From the IMG/VR virus record IMGVR_UViG_3300016265_000854, positions 1 through 32,419 of that record: a stretch of DNA of 32,419 nt; one strand, written 5' to 3'. Origin of the DNA: a virus (lineage: Duplodnaviria > Caudoviricetes). Below the pieces are notes generated by a model. That model was not told where the DNA came from, searched no databases, and was given only the letters and a program-made list of their open reading frames with translations. Made by a program: the position numbers and the translations under genes. This document shows positions 26,601 through 32,419 of the stretch, in pieces (position 1 is the first letter of the stretch; every line of letters begins with the position of its first letter).

Positions 26601-29203
26601 ATGTGATTGCCCACATCCGCACGAAAGACCGTCGAGGTTTTGGGGGCGAGGATGTCCTGCACCTCGAGGAACTCCAGTCTGACTGGGGCCAAGCTGCCCG
26701 CGATTACACGCCCGCAAATCCGGAACTACGGGCGCAGTCCGAAGAGGCCAAAAAGCAGTACGTGGACTTCCTGAACAACCTCGTCGAAAGGCGTCGTGCG
26801 GGGCTCCTCAACAATGGCTTTACCGAAGAACAGGCCGACAAGGCGCTTGCCCCGCTCATCTTGGTGATGAGCCGTAACCCCAGCCATCCAACATTTGAAT
26901 TGGTCAAACCCCACCTCACTTCGGGCGAGGCCGATACCGCCGAGCGGCTTGATTACATGGCCCGGCAGGGCGGGGAGAAGGGCGCTCCCGTCCCCCCGGG
27001 GCCGTACATCTCCAACACGGACAAGTGGACCGACCTGGGGCTGAAACACGTCCTGACGACCGCTGCCAGAGAGGGCAAGACCCATGTTGCCTGGACGCCC
27101 GGGGCGGAACAGGCCAATCGGTTCGATCTGAGCAATCAGGTCGAGGAGATCGCCTACAACCCGAAGGAAGAACGGCTTTACTACACCCCGATCGGCGCTG
27201 ACAGCGACATAAGGGTGCCTGGTTTTGTGAAGCCGGAAGATCTTCCCAAATATCTGGGCAAAGAAGTTGCCGAAAGGCTGCTCGCCAAGCCTAAAAGCGG
27301 CAGCACTCACTACCTCAGTGGCCGCGATCTTGAGGTCGGCGGCGTCGGGATGAAGAAATATTACGACGAAATCGTCCCGAAGGCCCTTCTTAAGCTTGCT
27401 CGAGAGCATGATCCCGAGGCGAAACTGGGCAAAGTCAGCATTGGAACTGATGGGCGTGGCGTGTATTCGCTCCAGTCTCTCGAAATCACGCCCAAAATGC
27501 GCGAAAGCATCCTCCAGAAGGGCTTTAAGGCGTTCAACCGGGGCGGCATGGCCTATGCCGATGGCGGTTCGGTCGATGATGACGCCGTAAATAAGGCCTT
27601 GGCGCTCACTGCGCCCAACGAGATGGGGCTTTATTCAGGTGCCGCGAGCGCCGCGCTGGCTCTTCCCCAGGCCAAGGGCTCGCTGTCCCAGATGTTGGCG
27701 ACGATGAAGGGCGTGAAGCCAGACGAGATCAAAGGATCCGGGGTCGAAAGGGCGTTCGCTGGCCGTCCCACGGTCACCCGGGAGGATCTGGCCCAGCATT
27801 TCTCCCAGAACATGCCCAAACTGACGAAGACGACCTACTCTGAAAACGCCGGCCCGGACGATGAGGGCCCGGAATACAATGAGCCGGAATACCGCCTCGA
27901 GGGCAGCCAGAAGGCCAGGAATTACCGCGAAATTTTAATTCATCCGCCTGGGCTCAATGATCACATCAAGGGTCACATCGTTTTCCCAAGCGAAGACCGT
28001 TTGGATGATTTTTTGCATGTTATGGCGGACCTTGACCTTGGAGATTACGAATATGGCGGCATTCAGCATAAAGACGGCAATTACCGGGTGATGGAGTACA
28101 ACATCCCGGCGTCCGTTTACCGGCGCATAATTCCTCAAATTCCGGACGATGCGCGAAATGTTTTGCATGAAGATGATGCCGAGGTAATGCGGAAACTTAA
28201 CGCAAAAAAAGATATTTACCGATCCAGCCATTGGGACGTTCCCAACGTCCTCGCGCATCTCCGCATGGATGAGCGCAAAAACACAAATGGCGACAATGTC
28301 CTGCACATGGATGAACTTCAGTCGGATTGGGGACAAAACGCCCGCGTCCGGGGCATTCGACCGCCTCAGGACGAGATTGATCGCCTCAACCAGGCCCATG
28401 ACGAAGCGGAAAGACAATACCACCAATACGTCCGCGATCTTAAAGATCGGGCGGCGCAGCGGTTGATTTCTATGGGGTACTCTCCCGAAGAAGCCGAGCT
28501 GTCTGCCAGGAACATGCCGCTTGGAAACTTGGCGGATTCTATGGGGGAAAGCCGCCAATTCCAGGCGATGATTGGTGCCGCTTCGATGGCGCAAGGGGCT
28601 ATCACGCGGGAAACAAATGCCGTTCCGCACAATCCGCACATCACATCAACCGAGCGGTGGTCCGAACTCGGTCTGAAACAGGCCCTCCTGGAGGCCGCCA
28701 AGGGCGATCACGACTATCTGACGTGGACGCCTGGCGAGATCCAAGCGGAGCGGTGGAAAGAGCCCGGCCTGGCCGAGTTCTACGACAAGGGCGTCCCCAA
28801 ATCGCTCCTGAAGCTTGCCAGGCAGCATGACCCCGAGGCGGCGATCGAAACGGTTTCGCTGCCCAAGAAGCCCAAGACGCGGTTCCCTGCGGTTGGGCCG
28901 AAGAACAACGAGATCCTTCAACAGATCGGCACTCGGTTCCTGGGGCGTAAAGCCACCATGCACGAAGCGGACGAGGCCGCCCGGGTTCTGCGGTCGATGG
29001 ATATTGACCCGAACCGCTGGGATCTTCAGGCGCAGCCCGACGAGGTTTTCAAAGAGGTGTTCTCGGCTGTTCCGGCTCGCCTGAAAGCTTGGCGCGAAGA
29101 GAACTCGAAGCTTGATGTGCCTGGCATTCGGATCACGCCGAAGATGCGCGAAAGCATCCTCAAGCAGGGCTTCAAGGTTTTCCGCCGTGGCGGCGCTGTT
29201 TAG
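23663..29203 (+). CDS. Large polyvalent protein, 1846 aa: inorganic pyrophosphatase (InPase) domain, ART-like domain, unknown domain, ART-PolyVal-like domain, two tandem ELQSDW modules
   Basis: GNYRKGH...IENPKG...DYGYI..TEGADGDHVDVYIG...FDEHKVMLGF (InPase); VYRAVP...GDWVAIS..YA...EWGY; YQGGPH...IGTGEGAQVYGHGHYFAE...NYVVFDP; duplicated SSHWD.PNV.AH.R...ELQSDWGQ. Modules are separated by xxxGGxV motifs. Confidence 0.85.
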   Translation: MTDKAVRSALMVARQTVHRTPSEPQKKAGNYRKGHLSFHGLPVTIENPKGGYRRGVDPNGKPWAVRMPADYGYIKRTEGADGDHVDVYIGPHLSSPAVFIVDQKDAETGRFDEHKVMLGFDTEKDAVETYLKGFSDGKAKDRLGKVTGMSIPSFKAWLKHEDTTRPAARIAKAEGGEVEDDYRGGHTAPDAESGAPLHDVRGVYPDDFYGPNGFRYYADFGNPYDQEAYAKIRDAKARPNMRLEVYRAVPKDQRITDINKGDWVAISRQYAKDHGEHALNGNYKILKKTVAARDLFTAGDSHHEWGYHPSPTMSHSERVALANQARAKFGMPPLEGKAEGGEVGDVPNAMNVFPKPQRMLQGDDYVPGGKYLDAATGEDVTGHKASSASIAIAPGGKPSFTASRDAVDQTGSPGKGAKQIKANLFRRKGRWDWVDAPEGHEDSAMLVSLVQHDKGKKQHYYSLAAHFPKGVDLARYPKEKDEPRLRPTTKGALEFGPQVGSIRTSNGHVHPVYQHIIAKADGGLVTTADDDEEPGITAYQGGPHRVGPEGYDNSKIGTGEGAQVYGHGHYFAEHEPVAIGYRNKLAGAPGLTYDGQKVFGHAPAILKKIHEAGGSVDAAVLASVCMDMADYDPDKALKLIRQRKNVDPDVASEAAHHLLRIKNAPSPGYMHEVRIKGRPEHFLDWDARLSEQPEAYDAIRNHLQRLAEKEPSGPWAQMGSDVENRAGEITGRDMHDMLHNFRGFAFSKKMAARHLSDAGIRGIRYLDAGSRGAGEGTRNYVVFDPKHIEIKRRYAEGGSVDDDPTVNQALALTRPNDMGLYSGAAANILASKQPKGPLDQMLASARGIKPDEIQWSGIHEALGGKKVTREDIARHFAENMPQVQATTLRAGGNEGEPQYGDYTLPGGENYREVLLHLPEREPPNFPDFESYFKRSFTRHSPEAEEYVRQRAMEDWQAAEGKIPDYRSAENYNSSHWDQPNVIAHIRTKDRRGFGGEDVLHLEELQSDWGQAARDYTPANPELRAQSEEAKKQYVDFLNNLVERRRAGLLNNGFTEEQADKALAPLILVMSRNPSHPTFELVKPHLTSGEADTAERLDYMARQGGEKGAPVPPGPYISNTDKWTDLGLKHVLTTAAREGKTHVAWTPGAEQANRFDLSNQVEEIAYNPKEERLYYTPIGADSDIRVPGFVKPEDLPKYLGKEVAERLLAKPKSGSTHYLSGRDLEVGGVGMKKYYDEIVPKALLKLAREHDPEAKLGKVSIGTDGRGVYSLQSLEITPKMRESILQKGFKAFNRGGMAYADGGSVDDDAVNKALALTAPNEMGLYSGAASAALALPQAKGSLSQMLATMKGVKPDEIKGSGVERAFAGRPTVTREDLAQHFSQNMPKLTKTTYSENAGPDDEGPEYNEPEYRLEGSQKARNYREILIHPPGLNDHIKGHIVFPSEDRLDDFLHVMADLDLGDYEYGGIQHKDGNYRVMEYNIPASVYRRIIPQIPDDARNVLHEDDAEVMRKLNAKKDIYRSSHWDVPNVLAHLRMDERKNTNGDNVLHMDELQSDWGQNARVRGIRPPQDEIDRLNQAHDEAERQYHQYVRDLKDRAAQRLISMGYSPEEAELSARNMPLGNLADSMGESRQFQAMIGAASMAQGAITRETNAVPHNPHITSTERWSELGLKQALLEAAKGDHDYLTWTPGEIQAERWKEPGLAEFYDKGVPKSLLKLARQHDPEAAIETVSLPKKPKTRFPAVGPKNNEILQQIGTRFLGRKATMHEADEAARVLRSMDIDPNRWDLQAQPDEVFKEVFSAVPARLKAWREENSKLDVPGIRITPKMRESILKQGFKVFRRGGAV
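24176..24692 (+). repeat. 22-nt exact direct repeat AAGGCCGAGGGCGGCGAAGTCG (encodes KAEGGEV) flanking one protein module
   Basis: Identical copies start at 24176 and 24671, 495 nt apart and in frame. Confidence 0.9.
26042..29203 (+). repeat. Tandem intragenic duplication of a module of about 500-550 aa
   Basis: Units 26042-27553 and 27554-29203 share YA(E/D)GGSVDDD, MGLYSGAA, KPDEI, VTRED, NYRE, SSHWD, ELQSDWGQ, WTPG, LLKLAR.HDPEA and ITPKMRESIL..GFK.F.RGG. Confidence 0.9.
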
Positions 29204-29261
29204 AAAGATGCTGTGCTAATGGCGACTTGCATATACAATATGTGGGCTCGCCGCATAGGGG

Positions 29262-31568
29262 ATGGCCGTGGCCGATGACCGCAAACTGATCTCTCAGCCC
29301 GATCGTCCGGAAGGCTATAACGACCCCCGGGCGGAGGTTATTCCTGATTGGCAGTGGCGCCCTTTCCAGGACGTGAAAAGCCAGCTTGCCCTTAAGGAGA
29401 TCCCGTCCCACGTCCGGAACTTTGGCCGGTACATGGACGAGGTCGCCAAACGCGCCGGTCGCCAGGGCTTGACGGCTCGAGATCTCATCAAGGCGTACAC
29501 GATCACCCGCTCGAGCATCCAGCGCCAGGCTGTCGATGCCGACAAAGTTCGCCAGGCTGGCCTTGTGCTGCCGCCCGACGTGACTGGCAAGATCCGCCCC
29601 GAGGGTGCGTTTGGCGAGTGGCTGCACACGCCCGCCGGCCAGGCTTATCTCGACGCTGCCGAGCGCGGTCAGGTCCACTCCCGGGCTATTGCCGATGCCG
29701 TCATGCGGATGGCTCCGTTCGGCAAGCATGAGAAAGACATTCCCGACGCCCTCGTCTGGGCCGCTCAGAACCTCCCTGGGCGCGAGAAAGAGGCGAGCGA
29801 CCTTATTGCCGCCGCCAGGGCGAAACAGAGCCCCAGGGACCAGTGGAGGGGCTTCACGAAGGACGTGCGCGGCATTGGCCCGAGCAAGGCCGGCTTTCTG
29901 GCGTCCCTGATGGGTCGCGGCGATCTGCCGACCCTCGACGCCCGCCAGGTGATCCTGCACACGGGCCGCCCGACCAAAGAGGCGTCGAAGTACATCGCCC
30001 GCCGCTCTGGCGCTGGGGGCGACGAGGCCGTCGATCGGCTAGCTGCCCGGCAGGAGGCTATGGGCCTCAAGCTGCCAAAAACTCTGTCTCCTTATTACCA
30101 GCATCTCGCCCATCACGCGGTCTGGGACAAGGCCGGCAACGAGCAGACGACGCACGAAGACGTGATGCGGGCCATGCGCGGCGCGGCCACGGGCGGCGCG
30201 ATCATGGGCGACCACCCGGTCGTCTCCGCACTTCGCCAGATGGGTCTGAAGGGGCTCGAGGGTGGCTACGCTCGAGGCGGCTCTCCCGATGACGACATCG
30301 TCCGCCAGGCGCTCGAGCGCATCGCGAGCCCGTTCAGCGATGATCCCGAATCGGTCGCTAGGGCACTGAAGATTGCCCAGTCATACAAGCTTAAAGGCGG
30401 CAATCAGACGGGTACCGGGTCTTATTACACGACCAAGCAGTCCGTTCCGGTCGAAAAAGTAACGGCCAAAATCAAGCCGATCCCTGGCGTGACCCCGAAA
30501 CCGATCGTCCCTATGACGTATGAAGACATTTATAATCTCGGCAAGGGTGGCGGAAGCCTGATCAACGTAGGCGGCGATCGCTCGAACTTGGGGCGCATGA
30601 CCCACATCAACGGCCAGAAGCTTGCGTGGCCCGTGGACCTTCATGCCGGCCCGAACTACATGCGCGAGCCGAACCCTGGCGCGGTGTGGGCGAATGCGCC
30701 CGGGCATGCGACGGCGTTCAGTAATGTGGTCAAAAGGGCCTCCAAAAAGGGTCCCGCGTTCGGTATTTACTCGCCGATGGGGCCTAGGGCGGTCGATAGT
30801 GCCCACCACATGTTTGATGCCTTGATGGCCCAAGTGCCGACCCGGGACATTGATCCCCAGCTTGCGAATGAGTTCGATCGGGAGATCCGCCAGGCCTCTG
30901 GCTATCCCAAGGCCAAGCGGGCTCGAGCCAGGTCGATCCTTGAAAAATGGCCCGGCGTTTTGAATGCCAAGGAAGCTTCGGAGTTTGCCCGGAAGATCCC
31001 TGGCGTCTATCGGTCGTACATTGTCCAGCTTATGGACAAGGCAAAATACCGAAACGCCAATTTCCCCGAAGTGGGCGTGACTCGGGCAGCCATTACGGAT
31101 CCTGACGTATTCAAGGCGCAGGGCAACATGGTCGGACACCGGATTGTCCAGTTCGACCCCACGGCGGCGGCTGCCGAGGAATCAGCGTATCGCCACGGCA
31201 CGTACCCGGCGGCTACGGCTGGCGAATATGTTGGCGACGTTCCCCTGGCTCAACGCCATTACGTATTCCCGACCGTCACGGAACAGCGCCTCGGTAAGCC
31301 GACGAAGAAAGGGCAAATTATCAATCCCTATTCTCCGGATGCGATGGGACGGTCTTCGTACCGCAAGCTTTTTGAGGAACAGAAACAGGTCCAGCCGATC
31401 ACCCAGGAGTGGCTGGATAGCGTGATGACCGGCCTCGAGAACCAGAAGAAGTACGGCTTCAAGCGCGGCGGCACGGTCGCCAGGGCGCTCGAAATGACAT
31501 CGAAAAACGCCGCGCCGCTGCCCGCAGGCGTTTCCGGATCTCGGCAGCACAAACGGGGACGCCCGTAG
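29262..31568 (+). CDS. Two-module polyvalent protein, 768 aa: HhH DNA-glycosylase-like domain plus unknown domain
   Basis: VRGIGPSKAGFLASLMGRGDLPTLD (HhH followed by a conserved Asp) and ...HHAVWD. The second module GGDRSNLG...PVDLHAGPNYM...VWAN is bounded by YARGGSP and FKRGGTV. Confidence 0.7.
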   Translation: MAVADDRKLISQPDRPEGYNDPRAEVIPDWQWRPFQDVKSQLALKEIPSHVRNFGRYMDEVAKRAGRQGLTARDLIKAYTITRSSIQRQAVDADKVRQAGLVLPPDVTGKIRPEGAFGEWLHTPAGQAYLDAAERGQVHSRAIADAVMRMAPFGKHEKDIPDALVWAAQNLPGREKEASDLIAAARAKQSPRDQWRGFTKDVRGIGPSKAGFLASLMGRGDLPTLDARQVILHTGRPTKEASKYIARRSGAGGDEAVDRLAARQEAMGLKLPKTLSPYYQHLAHHAVWDKAGNEQTTHEDVMRAMRGAATGGAIMGDHPVVSALRQMGLKGLEGGYARGGSPDDDIVRQALERIASPFSDDPESVARALKIAQSYKLKGGNQTGTGSYYTTKQSVPVEKVTAKIKPIPGVTPKPIVPMTYEDIYNLGKGGGSLINVGGDRSNLGRMTHINGQKLAWPVDLHAGPNYMREPNPGAVWANAPGHATAFSNVVKRASKKGPAFGIYSPMGPRAVDSAHHMFDALMAQVPTRDIDPQLANEFDREIRQASGYPKAKRARARSILEKWPGVLNAKEASEFARKIPGVYRSYIVQLMDKAKYRNANFPEVGVTRAAITDPDVFKAQGNMVGHRIVQFDPTAAAAEESAYRHGTYPAATAGEYVGDVPLAQRHYVFPTVTEQRLGKPTKKGQIINPYSPDAMGRSSYRKLFEEQKQVQPITQEWLDSVMTGLENQKKYGFKRGGTVARALEMTSKNAAPLPAGVSGSRQHKRGRP

Positions 31569-31591
31569 AACCCTAGCTAGGAGTAAAGTGC

Positions 31592-32419
31592 ATGTCGGAA
31601 ATGGCAAAGGCGGCCCGCGCCGCCAACAAAGCGAAAGCCGCCAGGATGTCGAAGGGTGACCCGAAGACGAAGGTTGACGCCTCGTCTTGGTCGCCGCCGG
31701 AGATGCTCGAGGCGGACAAGAAGACGGGCCTGCGCCCGGTCAGCCGTCGCGCCTACAAGCGCGGTGGAAAGGTCGAGGGCGTGAAGGCTGAGGCCCGCGC
31801 CGACCGCAAGGCTCGCAAGTCTGGTGGCCGTACCGAGGGCACCGAGATCGCGAACGCCTATACCGTCCGCGACGGCAAGGAAGCCAACAAGGAAAAGTTC
31901 GGTTCGTACCACGTCGGCGGCATGAAGCGCGGCGGCAAGGCGGAGAAGCGCCCCGGCAAGCAGTACGGCGGCACCCCTCCGATGCCCCGGCCCAAGCCCA
32001 AGCCCCCGGCCATTTCCCTCGGCATGGACGAGGACGTGACCCGGATGCCCGAGCCGTCCAAGGAATATTCGGAGCGGCAGAAGATCAACGCCGGCGAGAT
32101 GGAGCCAGATTACGAGCCCCGCAAGCGCGGCGGCAAAGCTGAGAAGTTCGAGGGCTCGGCCAAAGACGAGGCGCAGGACCGCAAGCTTGCCAAGAAGCGC
32201 GGTATGTCGATGAAGGAGTGGGAAGCTTCCGAAGCCGACAAGAAGCACGATAAACAGCAGAGCATGAAGGGCCTGAAGCACGGCGGTCACGTCGAGGGCT
32301 GCATGTGCAAGATGTGCGGTGGTCGCGCTGGTCGGGCCGATGGCGGCGAAATTGGTGAGCCCATTCACGTCGCCAATTCCGAAAAGAGCCTAAACTGGCC
32401 CAAGGGTAAGGACCGCCTT
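31592..32419 (+). CDS. Lys/Gly-rich low-complexity late protein (3'-truncated) with about 9 di-glycine motifs
   Basis: AGGAG RBS, ATG 31592, frame open to the window end (276 codons): MSEMAKAARAANKAKAARMSKGDPK...YKRGGKV...MKRGGKA...RADGGEI. Missing from the track because it has no stop in the window. Confidence 0.85.
   Translation, partial: MSEMAKAARAANKAKAARMSKGDPKTKVDASSWSPPEMLEADKKTGLRPVSRRAYKRGGKVEGVKAEARADRKARKSGGRTEGTEIANAYTVRDGKEANKEKFGSYHVGGMKRGGKAEKRPGKQYGGTPPMPRPKPKPPAISLGMDEDVTRMPEPSKEYSERQKINAGEMEPDYEPRKRGGKAEKFEGSAKDEAQDRKLAKKRGMSMKEWEASEADKKHDKQQSMKGLKHGGHVEGCMCKMCGGRAGRADGGEIGEPIHVANSEKSLNWPKGKDRL

Noticed and set aside
31577-32368. 263-aa hydrophobic-looking minus-strand ORF
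   Set aside because: Its Leu/Phe richness is the mirror of AAG/GAG codons in the + strand ORF at 31592, which has a strong RBS and fits the operon direction.
1-32419. tRNA, rRNA, CRISPR array, integrase, transposase, intron/intein, diversity-generating retroelement
   Set aside because: No cloverleaf, repeat-spacer array, recombinase, reverse transcriptase or splicing motifs were seen by eye. The duplicated modules differ by block indels, not adenine-specific changes.

Overview
The whole window reads as part of a GC-rich tailed-phage genome with a P22-like (podovirus-type) gene set. An alphaproteobacterial host is a guess from promoter and codon style. From left to right: (1) the end of the virion module, two large ejection-type proteins, the first with an internal S74 autocleaving chaperone and a GH108 lysozyme; (2) a leftward recombination operon (YqaJ exonuclease, ERF annealase, SSB-like protein, small ORFs); (3) a rightward replication block (wHTH, DUF968/HNH-like, ParB/DGQHR-like, Cro-like, initiator with iteron-like palindromes, loader-like gene); (4) two parallel three-gene leftward early cassettes flanking a RuvC-like resolvase; (5) terminase small and large subunits, about 12 small ORFs and the portal; (6) large multidomain 'polyvalent' proteins (inorganic pyrophosphatase, two ART-like modules, a duplicated ELQSDW module, an HhH glycosylase-like module) and a Lys-rich ORF running off the right end. 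The strongest signal is a short di-glycine motif, roughly [FYMKR]-x-x-G-G-x-[VIA]. It occurs about 23 times, sits at domain boundaries in five late or virion-associated proteins, and is often followed by a short 'V..AL..' helix. This suggests an undescribed polyprotein-processing or capsid-loading code for injected effector cassettes. CTCGAG is also strongly over-represented in all three frames. No tRNA, rRNA, CRISPR array or integrase was seen. All family assignments come from motif recognition by eye, not database searches.
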